DNA of 64,000 bases. Source: Fidelibacterota bacterium. Its GTDB lineage: Bacteria > Fidelibacterota > Fidelibacteria > Fidelibacterales > DSDE01. The notes beneath the pieces are model-generated. The model did no database searches and had not been told where the DNA came from. It saw nothing but the letters and a program-made list of their open reading frames with translations. Positions 10,304 through 19,774 of the stretch are shown in pieces. The DNA lies in NCBI GenBank assembly GCA_046735395.1, contig JBJKQR010000001.1, positions 59,398-123,397 on the forward strand. The letters are read 5' to 3'. Each line of letters starts with the position of its first letter. Positions within the stretch are counted from its first letter, which is position 1. The position numbers and the translations under genes are program-made.

Positions 10304-11362
10304 GTGTTTTATATGTCTGAAATGGAAAAGTACGGATTTAAACGATATTTAGAAAAGATTGCTGAACTGCCCGCGATGGACATCTCTGTCGGACGCGTAT
10401 TAAGTGTGCATCGGGACAGTTTCCGGGTCATCACCGAAGGCGGCGAAATCGAGGCCGAACCGGTGGGGCGGCTGCGCCTGTCATCCCGTGAAGAGGACAG
10501 CTGGCCGGTGGTCGGAGACTTTGTGGAGATCCGGGCAGCTGCTGCGGAGTATGGTGTCATTCTGAATGTTCTGCCCCGCTTTGCGCAGCTGAAGCGCCGT
10601 AAATCCGGATCCGAGTCTGAGAGTCAGCCCATGGCGGCGAATGTGGATACGGCTTATATTGTTGAGGCAGTCGGACAGCAGTTCAGCATGAATCGTATTG
10701 AACGATTTCATGCCATGTGCCGTGCCGGTCATGTAGAACCCGTTGTCATTATTTCAAAATCGGATCTGATTGCAGAAAGCGAAACGGCAAGCCTGTCTGC
10801 GACGCTGGCGGACCGTCTGGGTGATATTGAGACTCACATGATCAGTATCATGAACAGGGAATCCATTCAGGAACTGGGAGAAAGGATGTCGTCCGGCCGT
10901 ACTTTCTGTCTGCTGGGATTGTCGGGAGCCGGAAAATCCACACTGCTCAATGCACTGGCCGCTAAGGACGTCATGGCCACCGGGGAGTTGAGCAGCCAGA
11001 CCGGAAAGGGCCGTCATACCACGACGCACCGTGAACTGTTTCGGCTGGACTCGGGTGCGCTGATCGTGGATAATCCGGGTATTCGTGAACTTGGAATGAT
11101 TGACGTATTTCAGGATTCCTTCCAGCCCTTCCTCGAGGGACTGGAACCCTGCCGCTATACGGACTGTCATCATGTGAATGAACCGGGCTGTGCCGTGCTG
11201 GAAGCGATTGCAGAGGGACGCATCACGCCTGAGGCATATGAGAACTGGCTGAAGCTCTCGCGGGAAAGTGCCCGGGCCCAGAAGGCAATCCATGAACGGC
11301 GCCGTGATGAACGCCGTTTTTCACGAATGGTCAAGAATTATAAGAAGAATTCAGATATATAA
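10304..11362 (+). CDS. rsgA: ribosome small subunit-dependent GTPase A
   Basis: Circularly permuted GTPase SKSDL / GLSGAGKST / GRHTTT / DNPGIRE, C-terminal CRYTDCHHVNEPGC zinc finger; start possibly ATG 10313. Confidence 0.95.
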   Translation: MFYMSEMEKYGFKRYLEKIAELPAMDISVGRVLSVHRDSFRVITEGGEIEAEPVGRLRLSSREEDSWPVVGDFVEIRAAAAEYGVILNVLPRFAQLKRRKSGSESESQPMAANVDTAYIVEAVGQQFSMNRIERFHAMCRAGHVEPVVIISKSDLIAESETASLSATLADRLGDIETHMISIMNRESIQELGERMSSGRTFCLLGLSGAGKSTLLNALAAKDVMATGELSSQTGKGRHTTTHRELFRLDSGALIVDNPGIRELGMIDVFQDSFQPFLEGLEPCRYTDCHHVNEPGCAVLEAIAEGRITPEAYENWLKLSRESARAQKAIHERRRDERRFSRMVKNYKKNSDI

Positions 11363-11389
11363 TATTTGGGGCAGAAAACTCGCAGCTGC

Positions 11390-12094
11390 TTATTTCTCAA
11401 AAGTGGAAAAGTGGATAGTATTGGTGTAATAGCCTACCGGTTTATTTGCCGTGCTGACAATGCAGCGGAAATTGGCGGTTTCACCAGGTTTGATGCTAGC
11501 CATGGAGTAGACGCCGCTGGGGAACTGAATTTCGTTCCCGACGACAAAGGCGCTGTCCGCATTAACCAGTTCGGTGCTCTCCTGAAAGAGGGAAAAAACA
11601 ATGCGGACAAAATCCGCCCGCTTGTCACCGGTATTGGTGATCGTACCGGAATAGATCTTTTTATCCGCATAGGTCTGTTCCTCTATGGCGCCCTTCACAC
11701 TTAGTTCGGGCGCAGCCTGTCTGATTTCCTGAATGCTGGCAATGAGTGAGCGCTCAAGCTTCAGTTCGCCGATCTGCGTCCGGAACAGGATGCGATCCAT
11801 GTTTTCATCGACGATATCGCCCTGGATGAGGGTTCCGTTCTTCATCTTGATTTCATATTTCAGAACCGGTACGTCCAGGGTTTTGCGAATTTCTTCACGG
11901 ATAACCGGCATATTGACCCGATTCTGATAGCGCCGAACCTCATCCTTCAGGTCCTGAACCTCCTGTTTGAGCTGTTCCACGCTTTCTTCAACCTTGTAAA
12001 AGGATTTATCCCCATCCGATGCCGTCTGGGCAGGAAGTACGGAGGTCAGAACCAGCATCAGAAGCGCTGTAATCTGTATTGTATTGAGTCTCAT
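11390..12094 (-). CDS. exported protein: coiled coil, small beta domain and FxLYD-like Ig domain
   Basis: Signal peptide; heptad stretch VEQLKQEVQDLKDEVRR; C-terminal GTITNTG...IKPGETANF Ig-like pattern. Confidence 0.65.
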   Translation of the reverse strand: MRLNTIQITALLMLVLTSVLPAQTASDGDKSFYKVEESVEQLKQEVQDLKDEVRRYQNRVNMPVIREEIRKTLDVPVLKYEIKMKNGTLIQGDIVDENMDRILFRTQIGELKLERSLIASIQEIRQAAPELSVKGAIEEQTYADKKIYSGTITNTGDKRADFVRIVFSLFQESTELVNADSAFVVGNEIQFPSGVYSMASIKPGETANFRCIVSTANKPVGYYTNTIHFSTFEK

Positions 12095-13185
12095 TTTTCA
12101 CTCCCCAGCATTTCAAGCTGATCCTTCAGGGCCAGTTTTTCCAATTTCTGCCGCAGTTCGATATTCCCGGTGGCGGCGACAGCCTCACTGAGCTGGGGCC
12201 AGTATTGATAATCATTGAGACTGGAAAAAATATCCATCATCTGATCCAATACATCAGGCCGGTTGAATTTCAGGATGGAGGTCACGGCCTGATCTCTCAG
12301 TATTTTTCTGAAACTGGGTGTTTTGATAATGTAAAGGAGGGAAGGAATGACGGCAGGATTGTCATAATTGGAAATGGCTTCCATGACCGTCTGCATCATT
12401 TTATATTCACGATCCTTGTTATTCTGCATAAAATTCAGGAGTGCAAGCAGGATTTTTTCATCCTGGCCAGTCTCCAGCACATTAAAGGCGAAATCCCGGA
12501 TCATGAGATCATTGTCCGGGGTTCCCAGCAGGTCGGTCAGCGTCTGGGCCAGAGCCGGATTGTCCTTCTTGGCCAGCATCTGAATGGCCGATTCGCGGAG
12601 CTTCATATTGGCCTTCGGGTTATTAACAATGCTGATGAGAACGGGAACAACCGAATCATCACCGAATTTTCCCAGTACCCTGGTCATATTCTGATCCAGT
12701 TTCAGATAGGCTTCCTGACTGCGCTCATACATATCCAGAAAATTTGCGATCCGGTTCGGATCCGCACTGGCGTATAAAATATCCAGAATCCGGTTCTGAA
12801 CTTCCATATGATAAGTCAGATAGGTCATATAGACACGCATGAGCAGGGGCGTGAAGGCAGGGTCCTTGAGCTGAAGCAGAGCTTCCAGCATCATTTTGAC
12901 TTCCTCCGGCTTCAGAGTCAGCGCCTGATTGTCCAGAAGTTTGGAAATCAACTGACTTCCGGCAGGGTCCTTTGTGAGGATAATATACTTCAGGGCAGTA
13001 AGGCGGGTATTTTCCGGAAGTTTCTCATCATGATAAGTGGCAACCAGTTTATCGATATTTTTGATTTTACCGTTCTGATAGCGATTGTAATAGCGTTCAA
13101 AATCCGGCTGAGTCTTGATGACCGAACTCATGAAACAGGAGGAGAAAAGAAAGAGAAAACAGAGCAGACACAGTTTTTTTATCAT
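12091..13185 (-). CDS. HEAT/ARM-repeat lipoprotein
   Basis: Lipobox LFSSC; repeated helical units (VVPVLISIV, LRESAIQML, VIPSLLYII, LRDQAVTSI). Confidence 0.7.
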   Translation of the reverse strand: MIKKLCLLCFLFLFSSCFMSSVIKTQPDFERYYNRYQNGKIKNIDKLVATYHDEKLPENTRLTALKYIILTKDPAGSQLISKLLDNQALTLKPEEVKMMLEALLQLKDPAFTPLLMRVYMTYLTYHMEVQNRILDILYASADPNRIANFLDMYERSQEAYLKLDQNMTRVLGKFGDDSVVPVLISIVNNPKANMKLRESAIQMLAKKDNPALAQTLTDLLGTPDNDLMIRDFAFNVLETGQDEKILLALLNFMQNNKDREYKMMQTVMEAISNYDNPAVIPSLLYIIKTPSFRKILRDQAVTSILKFNRPDVLDQMMDIFSSLNDYQYWPQLSEAVAATGNIELRQKLEKLALKDQLEMLGSEK

Positions 13186-13208
13186 AGGGCCCCTTCCTTT
13201 CGGAGTGT

Positions 13209-14273
13209 CTAATTCTTTGTTTTGCTGCTGGCGGATTTGTCAACGGGAGGACGTGACGAGAAGGTGGATGCCACCAGTTCCATCTGTCTCAGGTACACAT
13301 TCTTGTATTCCCCGGGTGCCCAGAGTGACAGATCAATAAAAAAGATACGGTTGCTGATTCCATCATAAAAGTAGAATACGGAAAAGGGGCCGCCCATTGT
13401 TTTCGTCTTGTGCGCCCAGAGTCCGCGAAGATTATTTACAAACAGATCATCCCAATACATATTCCGGGTGGTCACGTACTGTTTTTCGATATACGTATCC
13501 TCAACAATCTGATTGGCCATCCAGGATCGGGTACTCCAGGCCCATTCCTTGTTGAGAAGGGACTGGATACCGCCTTCACGCCAGTAGATGGTTATCCAGC
13601 GGTAGGGGTTGGCCTTGCCCAGCTGAATGACATGCCGCGACGGATCCTTCATCACGATCTTATAATCATTGGGTATTCGTAGCGAAAACCCGTATTTATC
13701 CATCAGTTCATTCTCCAGCTCCGTTTCCTCGGCCTTATAGTAGAGCTGGTCCATCTGATTATCTATGAAGCTCTTGTCGATGGCCAGATAGATGCGATCC
13801 CGGTTCTTTATAATGAAGTCCTTCAGCTTTTCGCGGGTCGGCGCCGCGATGATCATCATCAGCTGCCGTCTGGCCCAATGGTCGCTGATCGTGAACATGT
13901 ATTCCCGGTCATTTTCAATAAACTGCAGAGCCGTGGGTGAAATCAGCTGGCGGACAAAGGCGGAAGTCTTGTCGTTTTGGTCGAGGCTGGTTATCAGGCA
14001 AATGTTTTTATTATACTTATAATTACTGAAATCCTTCGTATTCACCCGGTCAAAAAAGAAGATCTTCTCTTCCTGAGGTGTCCGCACTTTGTACTCCACT
14101 GCAGACCTGAGCGTATCTTCGATGATATTCCAGGTGCCTTCATCACAGAGAGTGATGATCCGTTCGTCACGGCCCATGGAAAATTTCTTGTAATCTCCAC
14201 AGCTGCTGAGCAGAACAAGACTGCTTAGGAATATCAATGTAGCTTTCAAATTCCGCATCCTCCTCTCTGGCAA
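13209..14273 (-). CDS. DUF4837-like lipoprotein
   Basis: Lipobox LLSSC; PQEE..F, WARRQL and RGLW...MGGPF motifs typical of DUF4837; true start probably 14258 or 14249. Confidence 0.75.
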   Translation of the reverse strand: MPERRMRNLKATLIFLSSLVLLSSCGDYKKFSMGRDERIITLCDEGTWNIIEDTLRSAVEYKVRTPQEEKIFFFDRVNTKDFSNYKYNKNICLITSLDQNDKTSAFVRQLISPTALQFIENDREYMFTISDHWARRQLMMIIAAPTREKLKDFIIKNRDRIYLAIDKSFIDNQMDQLYYKAEETELENELMDKYGFSLRIPNDYKIVMKDPSRHVIQLGKANPYRWITIYWREGGIQSLLNKEWAWSTRSWMANQIVEDTYIEKQYVTTRNMYWDDLFVNNLRGLWAHKTKTMGGPFSVFYFYDGISNRIFFIDLSLWAPGEYKNVYLRQMELVASTFSSRPPVDKSASSKTKN

Positions 14274-14325
14274 CTTTCGTTTATGGGATAAGTTAAGAAA
14301 GTCTCAGATAAAAACAATTCAATTG

Positions 14326-16137
14326 TCAGTCCGGCAGGGATAAAAAAAGCCGTGCCGATCGGGCCGGGATCGTGTAGGATTCGGCATTGCGGGCCTGGTT
14401 CATATCTTGTAGGCAATCGATGAAACTCTCATCATTCCGGCTTCTGAAAAGACGGTTGCTTCCCTGCCTGGGCTTCAGGCTCTGGTTATAAATCATCAGG
14501 AGGCGTCGTACGGATGTGCTTCGTTCCACGACATATACCGAATCACCCGCCATCCAGTGCGTCATGGGTGTCGCAAACAGCGCCGGGAAGTCCTGCCTGA
14601 GAGAATGAAGTTTCAGGATATGATGATATATGCGGTTTTCGCTGTCCCGGCGGCCAACGTCCGTGAATGCATCGTGATCTGCCTGTGAAAACCCTCCGGG
14701 AAATTCGCGCCGGTTATCCGGATCCGCGGCGCCGGGAAGGCCGATTTCATCACCGTAATAGAGCATGGGAATTCCCCGGATACTGTAGAGAATAGTGAGG
14801 GCATTCAGATAGGTATCCGGAGTGATTTCTTCCGAAATGAAACGTCCCAGGTCATGATTATCCAGGAAGATGAGAAGTGAATTGGGATCCTTGAAGATAT
14901 AATCCTGTCCGAGGCGGTCATGAAATGCACGCAGGGACATCTGGCCTTTCATCAGGGATTTGAGGGCCGTGGAGAGGGGAAAATCCGTCACAGATCTCAG
15001 GGCGTTTTCCAGACGGGGTGAATCGGAAAAAAACCAGGATAAGGTTACCGGATCATTGACCCAGATTTCGCCCAGAATGAAAAGTCCCGGATATTCTCTC
15101 CGCAGGGCCGCTGCCCAGTTACGCATGCCGGTCTGATCTGAATAGGGCCAGGTGTCCTGGCGAATCCCATCCAGAGACGCTGTCTGTATCCACCAGAGCG
15201 CATGCTGAATATAGTAGCGCTGTACATCCGGATCTGCCATATTCATATCGGGGAGATATCCGGCAAACCATCCGCTCTGCGTATAGGTCCGGGCTTCCGG
15301 AAGCCCCCATTCATCGGTTACAGCTGAAATGTCATAGTCACAGTCGTGATAGGAGTCTGCAGACCCGTTGAGCCAGCCGGCTCCCGGAGGATCGGCAGCA
15401 ATGGGATGGGAGGGGGAAATATGATTGACAATATGGTCCTGAATCATTCGGATACCGGCAGCATGACAGGCCGCGATCAGCTTGAGATAAAGCTGCATAT
15501 CGCCCAGATGAGGATCTACCGCATAGAGGTCGGAGGGAGTGTAACCATGATAGGCAAAGCGGTAATTATTTTCATATACCGGTGTGAGCCAGAGAGCTGT
15601 AACGCCGCTCTGCTCCAGATAGGATAAATGATTGAGAATTCCCTGAAGGTCGCCGCCGTGCCGGCCCCAGAGAAGGCTTTTGTCCACATTATCCGGATTG
15701 CCGGGGATTCGGTTGTTCAGGCTGTCACCATCCGAAAAACGGTCCGGCATGATGAGGTACATGATATCTGAACTGTTCAGTCCCAGCGGTTGATACTTGC
15801 TCGCGGATCGGATGTCGTAGGACCGGCTGATCTGAGGGCTGCCATCCTTCTGGCGAAAATAGAGAGAGGCCTGCCCGCTGTGCCGGACTCTGCATTGGAT
15901 CGTGATAAAATTACCCTGAGCGCTGACAGACCAGGACAGCACTTTCAGGTGACGGGAACAGCTGATGTCATTCACCTGGTCCAGATGCGCTCCGTACACG
16001 AGCAGCATGAGACTGTCATTTTCAAAACATGAATACCAGAAGGGAGGCTCGAATTTTTCAATTTTCGCTTCCGCGCCAAACAGGCTTGAAACCAAATAAA
16101 AGACAGCGACGATGAAAGTCGTTTTCTTCAGTAACAT
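14326..16137 (-). CDS. GH13 cyclomaltodextrinase/neopullulanase (SusA-like), exported
   Basis: EPPFWY N-domain, YLIMPDRF, GGDLQG, YHGY, GIRQDT (nucleophile), GEIW, DNHD and YYGDEIG. Confidence 0.9.
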   Translation of the reverse strand: MLLKKTTFIVAVFYLVSSLFGAEAKIEKFEPPFWYSCFENDSLMLLVYGAHLDQVNDISCSRHLKVLSWSVSAQGNFITIQCRVRHSGQASLYFRQKDGSPQISRSYDIRSASKYQPLGLNSSDIMYLIMPDRFSDGDSLNNRIPGNPDNVDKSLLWGRHGGDLQGILNHLSYLEQSGVTALWLTPVYENNYRFAYHGYTPSDLYAVDPHLGDMQLYLKLIAACHAAGIRMIQDHIVNHISPSHPIAADPPGAGWLNGSADSYHDCDYDISAVTDEWGLPEARTYTQSGWFAGYLPDMNMADPDVQRYYIQHALWWIQTASLDGIRQDTWPYSDQTGMRNWAAALRREYPGLFILGEIWVNDPVTLSWFFSDSPRLENALRSVTDFPLSTALKSLMKGQMSLRAFHDRLGQDYIFKDPNSLLIFLDNHDLGRFISEEITPDTYLNALTILYSIRGIPMLYYGDEIGLPGAADPDNRREFPGGFSQADHDAFTDVGRRDSENRIYHHILKLHSLRQDFPALFATPMTHWMAGDSVYVVERSTSVRRLLMIYNQSLKPRQGSNRLFRSRNDESFIDCLQDMNQARNAESYTIPARSARLFLSLPD

Positions 16138-16158
16138 GTTCTGATTATCCGTACTGAT

Positions 16159-16184
16159 AAAAAAAAAGCGGGGATTAACCCCGC
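16159..16184 (-). terminator. intrinsic terminator after trxA
   Basis: Minus strand GCGGGG-TTAAT-CCCCGC followed by a long T run. Confidence 0.85.
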
Positions 16185-16190
16185 CTTGAT

Positions 16191-16517
16191 TTACAGGATT
16201 TCCTGAATTTTTTCCTTGATGACCGATTTCGGTACGGCACCGATAATCTGGTTGACGACCGTACCCGCCTTAAAAAACAGCAGAGTGGGGATAGAGCGGA
16301 CGCCATATTGTCCGGCAATCTGCGGATTGCTGTCAACATCCAGCTTCGCGATCTTGATCTTGCCGTCAAATTCATCGGAAAGATCGAGCAGGGACGGAGC
16401 GATCATACGGCAGGGCATGCACCATTCCGCCCAGAAATCGACAAGCACAGGGACATCGCTTTTCAGAACTTCTTCCTCGAAGCCGCTGTCCGATGTGTGT
16501 ATAACTTTGTCAGTCAT
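16191..16517 (-). CDS. trxA: thioredoxin
   Basis: VLVDFWAEWCMPCR and GVRSIPTL; AAGGAG RBS. Confidence 0.96.
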   Translation of the reverse strand: MTDKVIHTSDSGFEEEVLKSDVPVLVDFWAEWCMPCRMIAPSLLDLSDEFDGKIKIAKLDVDSNPQIAGQYGVRSIPTLLFFKAGTVVNQIIGAVPKSVIKEKIQEIL

Positions 16518-16684
16518 TCAAACTCCTTTAATTTAACGGCAAATATTACAAAATATTTGAAGGAATGAACAGACTTTAATAGGAGAGTGGGGGAAAAAAC
16601 AAGGGGCTGAATTATGGATGAAATTATTCGGAAAATCCGGGGCAGACATACGAGCTGCCGAGACAAGGAAGGGACCGGGGTGCA

Positions 16685-17929
16685 TCAATCACCCTTTTTC
16701 AGCCAGTGAATGATTTCGGGGAGGGTAATGCGTTTTCCGGTGATGAGAATGGCCGTCCGGAAAATACGGGCGCTGATAAATATGGTGATGCTCAGCCAGC
16801 CGACGAGCCAGAGAAAGACGAGACTGTTCAGCAGCGGAGATACAGAGAACAGGCCGTTGCGGATGATCATGAGAAAGGGTGTGAACAGAGGAAACCAGGT
16901 GAGAATCTGAGTCAGAAGTGTATCCGAATTTCCGATGATATAGGGTGTGAAATAGATGGGGACAATAAGAAAGAGTGTGAGAAAGCCGGACATCTGCTGT
17001 GCATCGCGTTCATTATCAAAAAGTGATCCGAGGGTAATGATGATTCCGGAATAGAGGAAATATCCGGCAATGAAAAAGAGCAGGTACCAGATGCTTTTCC
17101 CGATGCTCAGACTGGCGCTGGCAAAAATATTCAGATGCAGTACCGGTTCCGAAACCAGGAACATGACCAGAAGGTAAAAAACCAGCTGGGTAAGGCCCAC
17201 GCAGCCCATGCCGAGAATTTTTCCGGCCATCAGTTCGCGGGGACGAACTCCGGTAAGAAGGATTTCCACAATGCGGCTGCTGCGCTCCTCAATGACTGAG
17301 GAAATCAGTGCCTGAGCGCTGGTGATGAGGCCGATGAGCAGAACAAAAACAAAAATGAAGGGAGGAATATATTTCAGTTCGGAGGCCGTCGAATCCACAT
17401 CCCCTTTTTCATTGATGATAAATTCGGACCAGGCGCTGGTCTGACGGAGATAATTCAGTTTATCCTCGGAAATACCCAGATCGTGGAGCCGTTCACGCTG
17501 AAGCAGCGTATTGAAAAATCGCCGGGACCGCTGTATATCGTCATTTCCAAGTTCGGATGAATAATAGGATATTTTTGCATTCTGATAGAAGGAATCGGAG
17601 GGCACGATGACCGCATCGAAACTGCCGCTGAGGATGAGCTCACGGATGCTTGTATCCGCAGAATCCGTCTTGTTCAGGCGCAGGTAGGAAATGTTTTTAT
17701 CGCCGTTATTCTCATGGGAAATCGCAATCAGTGCCGAAACCATGCTGGTATCATTGCTCATCACAGCAATGGTCCGCTGTTCTCCGGGAGATTTCACAGC
17801 CAGATACTGGGGAACCACCGAAATAGCGATGGCGAGGAAGGGAATCACCAGAGTGATGATGAAGGCTTTGCTGCGGACGCGGCGCAGGTATTCCCACTGC
17901 AGGATGGCCAGTACCTTATTCATGCGCAT
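16685..17929 (-). CDS. ABC-2 type transporter permease (NatB/YhaP-like)
   Basis: EERSSRIVEILL...ELMAGKILG motif; one N-terminal plus five C-terminal TM helices. Confidence 0.9.
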   Translation of the reverse strand: MRMNKVLAILQWEYLRRVRSKAFIITLVIPFLAIAISVVPQYLAVKSPGEQRTIAVMSNDTSMVSALIAISHENNGDKNISYLRLNKTDSADTSIRELILSGSFDAVIVPSDSFYQNAKISYYSSELGNDDIQRSRRFFNTLLQRERLHDLGISEDKLNYLRQTSAWSEFIINEKGDVDSTASELKYIPPFIFVFVLLIGLITSAQALISSVIEERSSRIVEILLTGVRPRELMAGKILGMGCVGLTQLVFYLLVMFLVSEPVLHLNIFASASLSIGKSIWYLLFFIAGYFLYSGIIITLGSLFDNERDAQQMSGFLTLFLIVPIYFTPYIIGNSDTLLTQILTWFPLFTPFLMIIRNGLFSVSPLLNSLVFLWLVGWLSITIFISARIFRTAILITGKRITLPEIIHWLKKGD

Positions 17930-18809
17930 CTCCCCGGGTGAGGCGGATGAATATTTCTTCCAGGCCGCTTTCTTCCTTATTGAAGCTCTGCAGCCGGCCC
18001 CGGGTATTCAGCAGCGAGATGACATTCTGCAGGGTATCACCGGACTTCAGGTCACCGCGCAGCACCCCCGCATCGTAGCTTTGATTCTCCAGCAGATCCT
18101 CCGGAACAGGGCCATCCGGAAATTCGACCCTGAAAATCAGCCGGTCCGAGGAATAGGACTTTTTCAGTTCATCCAGCGGAGAGTCCACAAAAAGCCGTCC
18201 CTGATGGATGAGGCAGATGTGATCACAGAGCTTCTCCGCAATTTCCAGCTGATGGGTGCTGAGCAGAATGCCCTTGCCATGGCCCACATATTCCCTGAGC
18301 ACTTCCCGGACAATGAGCTGATTTGCCGGGTCAAGGCCCGTGAAGGGTTCATCCAGAATCAGGTACTCCGGATCGGGCATAAAGGCGAGAATCAATTGTA
18401 TCTTCTGCTGATTTCCTTTGCTCAGTTCCTTTATTTTGCTTTTTTCCCGCCCTGATAGCTGAAATCTCTCAAGCCAGTAGCCGGCCCGGCGCGTAAAATC
18501 CTGACCCGAAATGCCCCGCAGCCGTGCAAAATATCTCAGAGTTTCCAGAACTTCGGATTTCTGATAAATGCCCCGTTCTTCAGGCAGGTAGCCCGGCAGC
18601 TGGCTGATATCCCGGAACGGTTCCCCGTCATAGAGAATGGTTCCACTGTCGGCTTTGATGATATTCATGATCATCCGGATCGTGGTGGTCTTGCCGGCGC
18701 CGTTCGGTCCCAGAAGGCCGGTGACCTTCTCCTGACCGATGCAGAAACTCAGGTCCCGAACAGCATCAATGCCTGTAAAGCTTTTCCTAACGCTCTTTAA
18801 ACATAACAT
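17916..18809 (-). CDS. ABC transporter ATP-binding protein (NatA/YhaQ-like)
   Basis: GPNGAGKTT, LSKGNQQK, LILDEPF and STH motifs. Confidence 0.93.
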   Translation of the reverse strand: MLCLKSVRKSFTGIDAVRDLSFCIGQEKVTGLLGPNGAGKTTTIRMIMNIIKADSGTILYDGEPFRDISQLPGYLPEERGIYQKSEVLETLRYFARLRGISGQDFTRRAGYWLERFQLSGREKSKIKELSKGNQQKIQLILAFMPDPEYLILDEPFTGLDPANQLIVREVLREYVGHGKGILLSTHQLEIAEKLCDHICLIHQGRLFVDSPLDELKKSYSSDRLIFRVEFPDGPVPEDLLENQSYDAGVLRGDLKSGDTLQNVISLLNTRGRLQSFNKEESGLEEIFIRLTRGDAHE

Positions 18810-18969
18810 GGCCTAATATAAATCCGGTCCGGGACGAATTCTACATGAAAAACAATTTGATTCTGAATTCCTGATAAAAAATATCAGCTGACGCGCTGAA
18901 GCCGGTCAATCAATCTGTCGGGACAGGCCATTAATTATGCTGAAAAAAAAGAGAATGTATTAATGAAGG

Positions 18970-19527
18970 TCAGGTGGTCTCAGAATCCGTATTACCCACG
19001 TTCTCTGCGGCGGTTGCGTCACTTGCCGCAGTCTGCTGAGCTTCACCGGACGTGTAGGATGCAATGGCTTCATTCAGTTGCTGTAATTTATCGAAATATT
19101 CCATGTGCATGCTCACACGGTCCTCCAATGCCTTTGCATCCCCTGAAGTGGCCTGAACTCCCTTGGTCTGCAGTGTCTGCATTTCGGTGACAGCCACGAG
19201 CTTCAGAAACTGATTCATAGTGCGTCCGTCAATCTGCGGTTTGTTCGTATTGCCCATGAGAACGGAAATCTGGGCTGTATTCCAGATTTGATCCAGAAGA
19301 CGGTTTTTATCATCACTGCCGAGGGGGGACAGTTTCAGACGGTCAATCACCAGCTGCAGATTCCCGTCCCGGCTCTTCATGGTGGGCTCGCTTTCCGGGT
19401 ATAGTGCCGTCTGGAGCGTATCATTACTTTTCAGTTTCAGTAATTCCTGAATCAGCTCCACATCAGCCGGCCCCTGCTTAAAAGCCCAATTCTGGTAAAC
19501 GGTGATAATGTTGGCCGCTTCTGTCAT
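18970..19527 (-). CDS. hypothetical helical protein (185 aa), putative sigma28 regulon member
   Basis: Protein-like composition from MTEAAN onward; the upstream 53 codons of the ORF-track call are AT-rich promoter sequence. Confidence 0.7.
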   Translation of the reverse strand: MTEAANIITVYQNWAFKQGPADVELIQELLKLKSNDTLQTALYPESEPTMKSRDGNLQLVIDRLKLSPLGSDDKNRLLDQIWNTAQISVLMGNTNKPQIDGRTMNQFLKLVAVTEMQTLQTKGVQATSGDAKALEDRVSMHMEYFDKLQQLNEAIASYTSGEAQQTAASDATAAENVGNTDSETT

Positions 19528-19534
19528 ACTCTTA

Positions 19535-19561
19535 TTATCGGAGAATTCACTGAAAAAATTA
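19535..19561 (-). promoter_or_regulatory. sigma28 (FliA)-type promoter
   Basis: TAAT-N15-TCCGATAA (consensus TAAA-N15-GCCGATAA), 7 nt before the ATG at 19527. Confidence 0.65.
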
Positions 19562-19774
19562 GCATAATACCTGAAAATGCTATATAAAACAGGGTATTGT
19601 GGAATATTCGATAATTTATATGACAATTCATATTGGATGACGCAGGTTAATAGGGCCGGGGCAGATAGAAAAAGCGATGAAATCACGTGTAATAATATGT
19701 AAATTCGGGGCGTATGAGTCGTGGTACAGATTCAGAAAAATGAAAATAATTGATGGATACAGGAGACGTGAATA

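Noticed and set aside
16191..16517. WCMPC instead of WCGPC in thioredoxin
   Set aside because: A commonly seen active-site variant. Both cysteines are intact.
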